DNA of 64,000 nucleotides from Candidatus Saccharicenans subterraneus (lineage in GTDB: Bacteria > Acidobacteriota > Aminicenantia > Aminicenantales > Saccharicenantaceae), in contig QUAH01000009.1 of assembly GCA_003426165.1 (NCBI GenBank), forward strand, positions 64,620-128,619, given 5' to 3'. Both the position numbers and the translations under genes were made by a program. Within the stretch, counting starts at the first letter, position 1. Every line of letters starts with the position of its first letter. This document shows, one piece after another, positions 53,387-63,484 of this stretch. The notes beneath the pieces are model-generated. The model saw only the letters and a list, made by a program, of their open reading frames with translations, did no database searches and had not been told where the DNA came from.

Positions 53387-54943
53387 ATGAGAAAGGCCCA
53401 AAAGCTTCTAGCTGGTATATTTATTTGTGTTTCCTTTTTATATATTTCATTAAGCGCTCAGGGCCCGATAGAGGTGCACTGGGAAACAATTGCCAGGATA
53501 AGGGAAGAAGGTCTGCAGCGTTCCCGGGTGATGGATATGGCCAGATATATAGTGGATGTCCTCGGCGCCCGCCTGACCAACTCGGAGGACATGAAAAGAG
53601 CCCAGCTCTGGGCGGTATCCAAGATGAGAGAAATCGGTCTCGAAAATGTGGTCATCGAGCCATATATGGATTATGGCGTTACCTGGGACAACGAATATTT
53701 TTCACTCCACATGATGGAGCCAGATTATCAACCGATGACCGGTTTCCCGCTGGCTCACACCCCGGGGACCAATGGCAAAAAAATTTGCCAGGTGGTCATC
53801 GGTGACGTAAAGCTGAAGTCGCAAATAGGCCAGTTGAAGGGTAAGCTGAAAGGTGCCATTGTTCTGAGCAGCCCGCCACTGCCCATTACCCAGTCTGACC
53901 TGAGCCGTGGAGTCAGCCGGTTGAGCGATGAGGAATTGAAAAAATTGGAAGAAATGGTAATACCCCCGCCCCCTGCTGTTCCTCCCGTTCCAAATCCGGA
54001 TTTGCTCAGCCCGGAGGAAAAAATTGCCTTTTTCAAGGCCGAAGGGGCGGTAGCGGTTTTTCAGTGTGAGGGTGGCCGCCCGGGCACGGTGGTTGGTTAT
54101 TCGCGTCCGGGAAGCATTAAGGATAAATGGTCACGGGAAAAAACGCTTGACTCCTTGCCAATTATTGCTGTGACTCCAGAACATTACAACAGGATGTATA
54201 GAATAGTGCAGAGTGGAATTCCGGTTAAGGTTAAGCTTGATGTTCGTAATAGGATAGGGGAAAAGATCGTTAAGGCGGCCAATGTCATCGGTGAAATTCC
54301 AGGCGCTGACCTCAAAGACGAAATAGTGATGATCGGAGCGCATTTTGACAGCTGGCAGGCCAGCCCGAATGCCAGTGATAATGCTTCCGGTTGTGCCGTA
54401 GTGCTAGAAGCTGCCAGGATTTTAAAAGCCATCGGTGCCTCTCCACGAAGGACTATACGTATTGCTCTCTGGAGCGGGGAAGAGCAGGGCTTATTCGGGT
54501 CAACCGAATATGTGCGAAAACATTTTGGCAATCCAAAAGATCCGGCCAACCCGCCCACCGGTGAATATGAGAAATTCCAGGTTTATTTTAACCAGGATTA
54601 TGGAGCCGGGCAGTATCGCGGAATTTATCTACAGGGGAACGAACATGTCCGGCGCCTTTTCCAGGCCTGGATGGAGCCTTTCCATGATTTCGGAATGACG
54701 GCTATTTCCATCAGGAGCGTGGGCAGCACCGACCATGTACCTTTTGACAGTGCTGGCCTCCCGGCCTTTCAGTTTATCCAGGACCGCATCGCAGGAACTG
54801 CTGGCCACACCAACCTGGATTTCTTAGATACCCTTTCTCCAGAAGATTTAATGAAGAACGCGGTGGTGATGGCTGCCTTTGCTTATGAATCAGCCCAGAC
54901 CGACATTAAGTTCCCGCGGAAAAGCTTAAAGCAAGAAAAATAA
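53387..54943 (+). CDS. M28 family peptidase with PA domain, secreted (third paralog)
   Basis: Signal peptide. Motifs GAHFDSWQASPNASDNASGCAVVLEAA and WSGEEQGLFGS. Confidence 0.85.
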   Translation: MRKAQKLLAGIFICVSFLYISLSAQGPIEVHWETIARIREEGLQRSRVMDMARYIVDVLGARLTNSEDMKRAQLWAVSKMREIGLENVVIEPYMDYGVTWDNEYFSLHMMEPDYQPMTGFPLAHTPGTNGKKICQVVIGDVKLKSQIGQLKGKLKGAIVLSSPPLPITQSDLSRGVSRLSDEELKKLEEMVIPPPPAVPPVPNPDLLSPEEKIAFFKAEGAVAVFQCEGGRPGTVVGYSRPGSIKDKWSREKTLDSLPIIAVTPEHYNRMYRIVQSGIPVKVKLDVRNRIGEKIVKAANVIGEIPGADLKDEIVMIGAHFDSWQASPNASDNASGCAVVLEAARILKAIGASPRRTIRIALWSGEEQGLFGSTEYVRKHFGNPKDPANPPTGEYEKFQVYFNQDYGAGQYRGIYLQGNEHVRRLFQAWMEPFHDFGMTAISIRSVGSTDHVPFDSAGLPAFQFIQDRIAGTAGHTNLDFLDTLSPEDLMKNAVVMAAFAYESAQTDIKFPRKSLKQEK

Positions 54944-55041
54944 AAAGCTAACCGAGTGCCAGAAACTATGGGTGGGCAGAGTATTTTTTAAGGTACTCCC
55001 TGGACCGGAATCCCCTGGCAAATTTATTTGCTCTTACAAGA

Positions 55042-56637
55042 TTATAGCAGTTGGTCTTCCCGTTGTGGTTGCTTAGGACTTTCTGTGATATCGTCTGTTA
55101 CTTCCAGATCAACGTCGTAGTAAAAAGCAGACAGAGGTTTCCCTGAAATGGGATCTTTATTGTCTAATCTTACGAGAGCATGATAAGAGCCTTTTTTCAG
55201 CCCAGACGTGAAAACCCTGTTTATGACGACTTGATTCTTGCCTTTTCTTGTCACCTGGACGGAAAGCCAGGGAGGAAGATTACTGCTGATCCTCCAGAGG
55301 GGGAGTTCGGCGGTACCCTGGTTATGGATGGTCAAAGTGGCGGAGAGTGTTTGTGGAGTTCTACCTGTTGAGCGTAGCGATACAAGATAGGTATCGCTGC
55401 TGATGATGGGAGGCAGGGGAAAGTCTTTTGATTTGGAAAGGCGAAGCATAACCACGTCATGGGGAGGAACGGGAACTGATATGCCTTCTTTATGCGGACC
55501 GGTGGTTTCATGTTTCCAGAGATCTCTCACATACAGGGCTGATAAGTTGTTGATGCCGATTTCAGGCCAGCGAATAGCTGCTTCCACCGGTGAATCATTT
55601 TGGTTAAAAATGAGAACAGCCTGGCTGCCATCGAATAATTTTTTGTCACCCCAGACGCTAACCCGGCCATCTTTTCGGATAATGTGTCCCTGGATTCCCA
55701 GTGGGTCCTGATCTACGGCGATTAGTTCCAGGTTGGTCAGAATCTCCCTGGTTGTCTTCGTCATGGTTCGCAGGTCGTTTCCGGCCATGAGCGGCGAGGC
55801 CATCATGCACCACAGGCTGAAGAGGCTCCGGTTCTGAGCCTCGCTCAGCCCGGGCATTCCAACAATCATCATGTCCGGATCGTTCCAGTGACCGGGGCCG
55901 GCGTATTCGAATAGTTTCTCATTGTCAAAAACTATGCTCATGGCGTTTTCCCAGTCTGCCTTTCCGGGTTCACATATATCTCCGGTTGTTCGCCAGAGAT
56001 GGCCAACGGCGGCTGCCCACTTCCAGGGAGATCCCTCTCCCCAGGAACAAAGGCTGTGAACAATGGGACGGCCCGCGGCCTGCTGGGCTTCGTACAACTT
56101 AGTGTAGGTCTGGATGATATCCTGGCCCCTGGTATTGCACCAGTCAACCTTAAGGTAATCACAGCGCCATTCGGCGAACTGCTTCATGTCTTCAAGCTCG
56201 TGGTCCTTGGTGCCTGGCATTGCCCGACTGCAGGTATGAGTGCCGGCATCGGTATAAAGTGCGTATCTGAGACCTCTCTTATGGATATAATCACCGAGGC
56301 CGCGCAGGCCGCTGGGATATCGCTCCAGGTTGGTGGTCAGACGACCGTCTTCAGCCCTGTAAAAACAGATTCCTTCATCAGGACCAATGTATAGGTAGCC
56401 GGCTTCTCTCATCCCGTTGCTGACAAGGGCCTCGACCATTTCCTTAATCAACTTCTCGTTCTGCGGTTCCTGCCCGAATGTGTTCCAGGGATACCAGCCC
56501 ATCGGTGGGGTGAGGGCCAGTCCGTCCTGGAGAGCCCGGACTTTTTGTTCAGGCCTTGGGGCCAGGGCAGTAATAGGATAGAGACAAATCACCAAAAAGA
56601 TAGCAAGCAAAAATGGAGTTCTTTTCATTTTTTGCAC
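55042..56637 (-). CDS. GH27-like alpha-galactosidase (melibiase family), secreted, with C-terminal beta-sandwich domain
   Basis: PMGWYPWNTF (GH27 PPMGWNSWNxF), YLKVDWCN (LKYDNC), CSWGEG. The DDCW box is atypical (GPDEGICFY). Signal peptide. Confidence 0.65.
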   Translation of the reverse strand: MQKMKRTPFLLAIFLVICLYPITALAPRPEQKVRALQDGLALTPPMGWYPWNTFGQEPQNEKLIKEMVEALVSNGMREAGYLYIGPDEGICFYRAEDGRLTTNLERYPSGLRGLGDYIHKRGLRYALYTDAGTHTCSRAMPGTKDHELEDMKQFAEWRCDYLKVDWCNTRGQDIIQTYTKLYEAQQAAGRPIVHSLCSWGEGSPWKWAAAVGHLWRTTGDICEPGKADWENAMSIVFDNEKLFEYAGPGHWNDPDMMIVGMPGLSEAQNRSLFSLWCMMASPLMAGNDLRTMTKTTREILTNLELIAVDQDPLGIQGHIIRKDGRVSVWGDKKLFDGSQAVLIFNQNDSPVEAAIRWPEIGINNLSALYVRDLWKHETTGPHKEGISVPVPPHDVVMLRLSKSKDFPLPPIISSDTYLVSLRSTGRTPQTLSATLTIHNQGTAELPLWRISSNLPPWLSVQVTRKGKNQVVINRVFTSGLKKGSYHALVRLDNKDPISGKPLSAFYYDVDLEVTDDITESPKQPQREDQLL

Positions 56638-56855
56638 CCGGTTGAATTAAATTCATGCTCGCTAAATTTCTATAATAAAACCAGGCCTCAATCAACAACT
56701 CTAACATTTAAGAAAATTATGACCCATTCTCTGACCGATAATCTGGAGAAGGTGGAGTTAGAAGGAATAAAGGAAACAAGTTAGGCCTGCCTTCAAAAGA
56801 TTTGGCAAGTTTGTTTTGATTAGTAGCGGTTTTTTATAAAGATACGAACAGAAAA

Positions 56856-58010
56856 TTACCCTCGAGTTCTATTCATGCTCAGATTCTTGGTTATTTCCAT
56901 GAAAAAGGCGTTAGCCTGGCTGAAAAAGCGTTGATAGGATTTGCAAAAATAGTTTCTTTTGGGTTCGGGCTGGTAACCTCTTTCCCGGGGGCAGCCGCCG
57001 CGGCAGTATGCCAGCCAGGGGCATCTCCTGCATTCATCAGGGAGGAGGGCTTTCCTTTGTCCAAAATTTTTTTGAAGGGCCGAGTTGAGCATGTCAATTA
57101 AACGCTTTTCCCTAATGTTTCCAAGCTTCCATTCTTCTAGCACAAAGAAATCGCAAGAATAAACATCACCGTTGTGTTCAACGACCAGGTAATCGCCACA
57201 CTCTTTATGCCAGGTGCATTCAGGCGGAGTTAAACCGGCGTAGGCAAAGACCAGAGATTCGAAGTTACGAACAAAGGTCGAGGGCTGTCCCTCGTGAAAA
57301 TCAGCTTTCCAGAGTTCAAACAACTTAATCAAGAAGTCACCGTATTTTTCCGCAGGAACAGAGAAATTGGCTGGATGTCCCGGTCTCTCGGGATCAGTCT
57401 CAATACAGGGGATGAATTGCATGTAGGTCAGCCCAAGGCTTTTTAAGAATTCATATATTTCTTCGGGAAACTCAGCGGAATAGTCATTGACCACGACCAG
57501 GGCGTTGGTGGCCACCTGCGAATCCAGAAGTAGCTTTGCTGTTTCCACCACCTTTGACCAGGAACCCGCTCCGTTTGGAAAGTGCCGATAGCGATTATGG
57601 ACGGGCTCAGGTCCATCCAGGCTCAGGCCCACCAGAAATTCATTTTCCCTGAAGAATCTGGCCCAGGTGTTATCAATCAACAGTCCATTAGTCTGAATGG
57701 TGTTGGCTGCCTGGTGTTGGCCCTCGTATTTTTGCTGGTATAATAAAGCCTGCTTGAAAAAATCTAGACCCATCAGGGTTGGTTCTCCTCCCTGCCAGTT
57801 GAAAAAAACTTGCCGGTCGCCCTGGGTCAGGAGCTGCCTGGTGGTTTCTTCCAGTATCTCCAGGCTCATCCGGTGCCGATGGTTTTCAGGGAAAAGGTTC
57901 CTTTTTGCCGAGTAAAAACAGTAGTCGCAGCCCAGGTTACAGTCTGGACCCGCGGGTTTGATCAGCAGGCTGTATAGTTTTTTTCTTTTGAATAAATTCC
58001 CGTTGCTCAT
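56856..58010 (-). CDS. anaerobic sulfatase-maturating enzyme (radical SAM/SPASM)
   Basis: CxxxCxxC radical-SAM motif (GCDYCFY). C-terminal Cys-rich SPASM motifs (CRRCPWLAYCRGGCP). Adjacent to a sulfatase gene. Confidence 0.85.
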   Translation of the reverse strand: MSNGNLFKRKKLYSLLIKPAGPDCNLGCDYCFYSAKRNLFPENHRHRMSLEILEETTRQLLTQGDRQVFFNWQGGEPTLMGLDFFKQALLYQQKYEGQHQAANTIQTNGLLIDNTWARFFRENEFLVGLSLDGPEPVHNRYRHFPNGAGSWSKVVETAKLLLDSQVATNALVVVNDYSAEFPEEIYEFLKSLGLTYMQFIPCIETDPERPGHPANFSVPAEKYGDFLIKLFELWKADFHEGQPSTFVRNFESLVFAYAGLTPPECTWHKECGDYLVVEHNGDVYSCDFFVLEEWKLGNIREKRLIDMLNSALQKNFGQRKALLPDECRRCPWLAYCRGGCPRERGYQPEPKRNYFCKSYQRFFSQANAFFMEITKNLSMNRTRG

Positions 58011-58083
58011 ATAGTCATCAATCCTGACTTCTATCTTGTTATTTCTTGGATCTTTATCATTGTAAGCAGTTCGTACTAATAAC

Positions 58084-59679
58084 TTAGCCTATCTCACGGT
58101 GCATTTCTTCGAGCCGATTCTGCAGGACTTCTTTGACTGACTGGTACTCGGGGTTTGAAAATTGATTGACAACCTCATCGGGGTCTTTTTCTAAATCGAA
58201 CAATTCCCAACAATCCAGGTCATTGTAATAGTGAATGAGCTTGTGTTGTTTCGTTCTTATCCCGTAATGACGACGGACGGAGTGGACGCCTGGATATTCA
58301 TAATAATGATAATAGATCGATTCACGCCAGCTAGAAACCTTCATCCCCTGAAGGAGCCGCTTAAAAGAAGACCCCTGAATGTCAGGGGGGATGTCTATCC
58401 CGGCTACATCCATAATGGTTGGAGCCAGGTCAATATTAAGAAGCAAATGATCCTTTTCCACCCCTTTCTCCAGGCCATCTGGATAACGGATAATTAAGGG
58501 AGTCTTGATGCTTGGCTCATACATGAATCTCTTATCGAACCAGCCATGCTCTCCCAGGAAGAAGCCCTGGTCAGAGGTATAGATAACTATTGTGCTGTCG
58601 CTCAGCCCGGCCTGGTCTAAGTAATCGAGAAGCTGGCCAAGGCTCTTATCAATTGAGGCCACCGTGCGCAAATAATCTTTTATGTAGCGTTGGTATTTCC
58701 AGAGGGCCAGATCCGGACCCTCTAATTTTTTTCTCTTGAATTCCTCGTTCTCTTCCCTGTAAGCTTCTTCCCAGATCTTTTTTTGGTCATCTGTGAGCCG
58801 TGAAAAAACACTGTTCCAGTAGGCCAGACCTGTCTGTTCATGGTCATTGAGCTGCTTATCATCCAGCGGGAATAGTTTAAGGTCATAGGTCAGATAGCTG
58901 TGGTCGGCTATCCTCATTTCCTGAAGACTGGCCGCAGGGCATCTGTTCTGGTAATCATCGAAAAATGTTTTTGGAACTGGAAGCTCTTGGTCCCGGAAGA
59001 GAGACAGGAACTCAATGTCGGGCATCCAGTTGCGGTGTGAGGCCTTGTGATGCAGACAGAGGAAAAATGGCTTTTGCCGATCGCGAGATTTCAACCAGTC
59101 GATGGCCCTGGAGGTCAGAATGCTGGTTACATAGCCCGGTAACTGAAACCTGTGACTTTTATCGATAAACTCCGGATTGTAATAATCGCCCTGGTCTGGA
59201 AGTATTAGATAATAATCAAAGCCGATGGGTGCGGTCTTCAGATGCCATTTCCCTATCAGCGAAGTCTGGTATCCAGCCTGCTGCAGCAGTTCGGGCAAGG
59301 TAGCCTGGGACGGTTTGAATTCCTGGCTATTGTCGACGACCCCATGCCGGCTGCTATATTGTCCGGTCAGGATGGAAGCTCGGCTCGGGGCACAAATAGC
59401 ATTGGTGCAGAAAAACAGGTCAACCCTTTTTCCTTCCTGGGCTAAGCGATCAAGGTTTGGCGTTCTAATTAAAGTATCGTCATAGCAGCTAATGGCCCGG
59501 GAGGCATGATCATCGCTCATGATAAAAATAATGTTTGGCCGTCTTGTTTTATGCCGGCAGGCCAGGTGGGCAAGTTGCTGGGATAAAGTCAGGGAACTGG
59601 CCGTGGCCAACTTGATAAACTCTCTTCTCTTCAATTTATCCCTCCTGAATGATGAATAAGCTGAGGTGATTTTATACAA
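58084..59679 (-). CDS. sulfatase (Cys-type, C-x-P-x-R), Tat signal peptide
   Basis: FIMSDDH, CAPSRASILTG formylglycine motif, GKWHL. N-terminal RREFIKLATASS twin-arginine signal. Confidence 0.9.
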   Translation of the reverse strand: MYKITSAYSSFRRDKLKRREFIKLATASSLTLSQQLAHLACRHKTRRPNIIFIMSDDHASRAISCYDDTLIRTPNLDRLAQEGKRVDLFFCTNAICAPSRASILTGQYSSRHGVVDNSQEFKPSQATLPELLQQAGYQTSLIGKWHLKTAPIGFDYYLILPDQGDYYNPEFIDKSHRFQLPGYVTSILTSRAIDWLKSRDRQKPFFLCLHHKASHRNWMPDIEFLSLFRDQELPVPKTFFDDYQNRCPAASLQEMRIADHSYLTYDLKLFPLDDKQLNDHEQTGLAYWNSVFSRLTDDQKKIWEEAYREENEEFKRKKLEGPDLALWKYQRYIKDYLRTVASIDKSLGQLLDYLDQAGLSDSTIVIYTSDQGFFLGEHGWFDKRFMYEPSIKTPLIIRYPDGLEKGVEKDHLLLNIDLAPTIMDVAGIDIPPDIQGSSFKRLLQGMKVSSWRESIYYHYYEYPGVHSVRRHYGIRTKQHKLIHYYNDLDCWELFDLEKDPDEVVNQFSNPEYQSVKEVLQNRLEEMHREIG

Positions 59680-59883
59680 ATGCTAATCCCTTCGTCCAGC
59701 CCGAATTTCTTTCTTCAATAAAAAGCTGAGGGCCGTTGGGCTAGACCATATTACCGTGAAATGGTGAGGCCCACGTTGCTTAATGAAGTCCATGCTTTAT
59801 TCGTGAAAAAATTAACACTTGACGTTGCTGACAACTTTTATTAAGGAAGTGGGTATGACATCTGATGACTAAGGAAGGTTCAC

Positions 59884-61539
59884 ATGCCTGTTAAGAACAG
59901 AAATCGCCTGATATTCATCATTACCTCATTTCTTGTTATTGTCTTCGCTTTTATATTTCATACTGAAGGTAAGCTCAAGTCCAGAAAGTTAATTTACAAG
60001 GAAGCCGGTCTTCATGGTTATATCAGCTTCGATCATGAACCCATTCCAGGGGAATTTGGAGCGGGAATCGGGTTCTATGTGGCTGTCTGGCCTTTAATTG
60101 ATGAACCGTTGTCCGGATTTCAAATTGGCTTGCCGAGCACCTGGATCATCCCCGATAATTCTGATAACAAGACCAACCCGCTCTGTCCTGAGGGCACTTT
60201 GGCCCGGAAATGGAAACCACGCGGTCCTACCTGGAGTTCTGTTTTTCAAACCATTGAGGGTGGGGTGGGGTACTGGGCTGGTAATCATTTTCGTTATGGC
60301 CCGCCAAAATTCAGCATGAACGGTACGCCCCAATGTTATGATTATGAAATTGGTTCGCCGGGATGGTCATTTTTTTACAGCAATGAGGCTCTGCCGGATA
60401 ACAGACTCGGCATAGCCCAGCTCAGCAATCGGTTATTGATCCCTCCAGACGGCTTAACCTTTGAGGGTAATCCTGATGGGGAATTTCTTGGCTATACCTG
60501 GATGGCTCTGCCCTTGACAGACCCGGAGACCGGTGATCTCCCCACAGGCGATCAGAGCTGGACCTGTTTTTTAAGTGCGGCCAATTTTAAGGGCCCGATA
60601 GCCTTTTTCATTCCAGAAACCTGGAGCAAAATTGGAAAGTTATTCAATTACCCTTTTCTCTATGGACGCGGGCTTGATTCAAGGCCGGGGATAGCAGGAG
60701 GGGGAGCAATTGAAATAAATACGGTGCCCAGGTTTGAACTTAAGGGTTCTGATGGCAAGACTTACGCCAAATTGCCCAGGTTGCAATTCTCCGTGGATGA
60801 AGAGGGAAGGTCTATCCTGGTTCAGGAAGTTACTTATTATTCCAAAGCTGCCTTATATGATTCATTCTTGGCCTGGCGTGACCAGGAAAAGTTTTGCTCT
60901 GGTCAATTTGATGAAAGCGGGGCTCTGAAACCAAAACTGCTGTCAAGACAGACTCGATATGATATGTCCGGGATTGAAATCTCGGGTGTAGAAGGGGAGG
61001 AGGGTATTTTTGTCACCAGGGTTTTCGAGGGAAACAGTTGGGGACTACAGTGGAAATCAAATCTTGAAGGCAGAAAAGGAATTTTCCCGCAGTATTATGG
61101 TTTTAGTGGAGAAAAATACTTTGTGATCGCGGAATCAGAAATACCTGCGGAGACAGGACTGCTTCAGCAGAAATTCAAGCTGGCTGAATCAGGGCCTCCG
61201 TATGTATCGCCATCTAAAGGGGTTTGGGTAAATCCCGGGCCGAAAGCCGGTCCCTACACGGCCAGATTGACTGATGGTTCGGTTGTAACTTATTACTGGT
61301 ATAGATTTATTGATCAACCGGCCTTTCAGCAATATCGCTGGTCACCTGAGAAAAAAGCCAGGCTTCAAGCCCTGGTGGAAAAAATTCATGCCTGCTGGCC
61401 AGCTGACCGTGATTATATGAAGCCTCCGGCCTTCGGCCAGTTGGTGAAAATAGATGCGGGTTTAATAGTGACCCCTCCGCCTGGACTGGAGGTGGGGTAC
61501 GTGCCCATTGTCGTCCGCCAGGAAGCTGCCCGAAAATAG
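59884..61539 (+). CDS. membrane-anchored hypothetical protein (551 aa) within the sulfatase/glycosidase cluster
   Basis: N-terminal transmembrane helix (LIFIITSFLVIVFAFIF). Large W/Y/G-rich extracytoplasmic domain. No known motif. Confidence 0.6.
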   Translation: MPVKNRNRLIFIITSFLVIVFAFIFHTEGKLKSRKLIYKEAGLHGYISFDHEPIPGEFGAGIGFYVAVWPLIDEPLSGFQIGLPSTWIIPDNSDNKTNPLCPEGTLARKWKPRGPTWSSVFQTIEGGVGYWAGNHFRYGPPKFSMNGTPQCYDYEIGSPGWSFFYSNEALPDNRLGIAQLSNRLLIPPDGLTFEGNPDGEFLGYTWMALPLTDPETGDLPTGDQSWTCFLSAANFKGPIAFFIPETWSKIGKLFNYPFLYGRGLDSRPGIAGGGAIEINTVPRFELKGSDGKTYAKLPRLQFSVDEEGRSILVQEVTYYSKAALYDSFLAWRDQEKFCSGQFDESGALKPKLLSRQTRYDMSGIEISGVEGEEGIFVTRVFEGNSWGLQWKSNLEGRKGIFPQYYGFSGEKYFVIAESEIPAETGLLQQKFKLAESGPPYVSPSKGVWVNPGPKAGPYTARLTDGSVVTYYWYRFIDQPAFQQYRWSPEKKARLQALVEKIHACWPADRDYMKPPAFGQLVKIDAGLIVTPPPGLEVGYVPIVVRQEAARK

Positions 61540-61608
61540 TAAATAAATATAGATTGATCATAAAAGAGTTAGCCAGGCCTGTTTGTTTGGTCTCTTGAAT
61601 TGTCCCGG

Positions 61609-63411
61609 CTATTTAAAGACAGCCAGTTCTGCCAGCCCGGCGTTTCTGGTCTCTTTCGAGACAGTATCAATGATAAAAGCTAACCAGGTAATCTTTTTAG
61701 CCGGGAAGGAAATTTCTCGGGCTGATTTGGCATCGTTGGGCAAGGCACCAACTCTAAGAGAACTGCCATCGCTGAAAACTAACAATCCTGAGAGGACTTG
61801 ATCTTTCAGATTTGGCAGGTCAAAAAGCCACACCCGGTTGACAGTTTCGACCCGATCCCAGGTCAGTCGAATCATGGCCGTGGATTTTTCCTGGCTAACC
61901 CATTCGTGTCTATTAATTTCGTCTTTGTATTCTATTATCCCATCCACCGCACCTTCACCAAAGTACTGAGGAAGTTCAGTCATCGGCTTGCTCTTTTCCT
62001 CAACAGAGGAAACGCTAACTCGAGCCCTGAGGGCTAGATTATCTTCCCTTTTCAACGGATCTGTCTGCTGCTCCTTGGTAAGCGAGTTAAGAGTCCTTTC
62101 ATCCAGCAGGTTAACTTCTTGCAGGCACCAGGCATAGCGGCTCCCAATGGGGTCAGCTATTGCCCGGTTAGCAAAATAATCTTTGTGGAAATTTGCCGAA
62201 TAAGAGAGCCATAGGGTGCGACCATCGTTGCTGATGAATTTCGATGGGAAATTAAGAAAATAACCTTGAGGGCCAAAATTTTTCATATAGGCAATTAATT
62301 TATATGGTCCTGTTATCTCGTCTGCTTCCAGAATATACGAATTCATATCAGCGACACCGGGCCAGCCATCGGTAATGCACATTAAATATTTATGCAGCGG
62401 GGAATGATAGGTAATGGTGGTGCATCCCATGTGGTCATCCCAGGCCAACAGGGGCTTGATATCAGCAAAGTTTTTGCTCCACACGGGCCGATTAGTTGAA
62501 TCGAAACCGGCGAAGAATTCATAGGCTTTAGGGTCATTGATGTTCTTAGGGCTCGGAATAACGCGGGCCAGATAGACGGCGTCGCCGGCAATCCAGCTAT
62601 TACCTGCCACCCTGGGAGTAGGATCATTATCCAGAGCTCCATGTCCGACGAGATAGGCCTTACCGTCCGGTGAGTGTTCGAGATTTTGACCGAAATCGAC
62701 GAAATGAGGCGTGCCCATTTTAACTTGGCGACCATTTTTACCAGTTTCTGGGAAGAGTGGATTTTCTGGTGACAGCGGGCTGGAGATCCAGGTCTGGCCA
62801 TGATCCATAGAAATTCTGAAACCCGGCACGGGACCGCAAATTGCCCAGCTGTACTGCTCGGGATATTCAGGCTTGGAAAAATCAAAATCTATACAATAAG
62901 TTCCATAATACCAGATTCCATCGTGGACGAGGTTGGCACTTGGATATCGTCCGCCATAAGGCAGGGCAGAAGCCGGCTGAGTTCCCAGGGATATGATGGT
63001 AAGATTGAGAGGATCATCACCTATGATTTTGGCATTGCCGGTGCGAGCCTTGGCCCCTCCTGAAGAATGGCAGCTTTCCTTTCCAATTTCCCCATCGGTC
63101 CAGCCACTGTACATATTACCGTCCTCTGCCCAGGATGGATACCAGGTGTCGGCATCCGTGTAATTAGCATAGCGTCTGGTAAAAGCAATTCCCTTAATCT
63201 GTTGAGAGGGTTCAAAGGGGCAACCTTCTGGCGGGTCAGATATCCAGATCCTTGGAAGCCAGGCCTCTGGTTCATAAGGGACGATTCTCTGGTTTGACTT
63301 TTGGCAACAGCCGGCAAGTACCGAAAGAAGTATGCAGGCAGATATTGACCAGGACAGCCAGAACGACTTCTTCTTCAGAAGGGCTGAAATAGCGCTCTTT
63401 AATCCTTTCAT
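61609..63411 (-). CDS. lipoprotein with a sialidase-like/DUF4185-like beta-propeller domain and a C-terminal carbohydrate-binding-like domain
   Basis: Lipobox VLAGC. Central region with D-rich propeller-like repeats. ~150-aa C-terminal beta-sandwich-like tail. Confidence 0.5.
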   Translation of the reverse strand: MKGLKSAISALLKKKSFWLSWSISACILLSVLAGCCQKSNQRIVPYEPEAWLPRIWISDPPEGCPFEPSQQIKGIAFTRRYANYTDADTWYPSWAEDGNMYSGWTDGEIGKESCHSSGGAKARTGNAKIIGDDPLNLTIISLGTQPASALPYGGRYPSANLVHDGIWYYGTYCIDFDFSKPEYPEQYSWAICGPVPGFRISMDHGQTWISSPLSPENPLFPETGKNGRQVKMGTPHFVDFGQNLEHSPDGKAYLVGHGALDNDPTPRVAGNSWIAGDAVYLARVIPSPKNINDPKAYEFFAGFDSTNRPVWSKNFADIKPLLAWDDHMGCTTITYHSPLHKYLMCITDGWPGVADMNSYILEADEITGPYKLIAYMKNFGPQGYFLNFPSKFISNDGRTLWLSYSANFHKDYFANRAIADPIGSRYAWCLQEVNLLDERTLNSLTKEQQTDPLKREDNLALRARVSVSSVEEKSKPMTELPQYFGEGAVDGIIEYKDEINRHEWVSQEKSTAMIRLTWDRVETVNRVWLFDLPNLKDQVLSGLLVFSDGSSLRVGALPNDAKSAREISFPAKKITWLAFIIDTVSKETRNAGLAELAVFK

Positions 63412-63484
63412 TAAGTTCTCCCTTCAGAGAGGATATCTCTTAATAGGCGATACCTTTAACATTTCTTGTTTGGGGCTTTCGAGA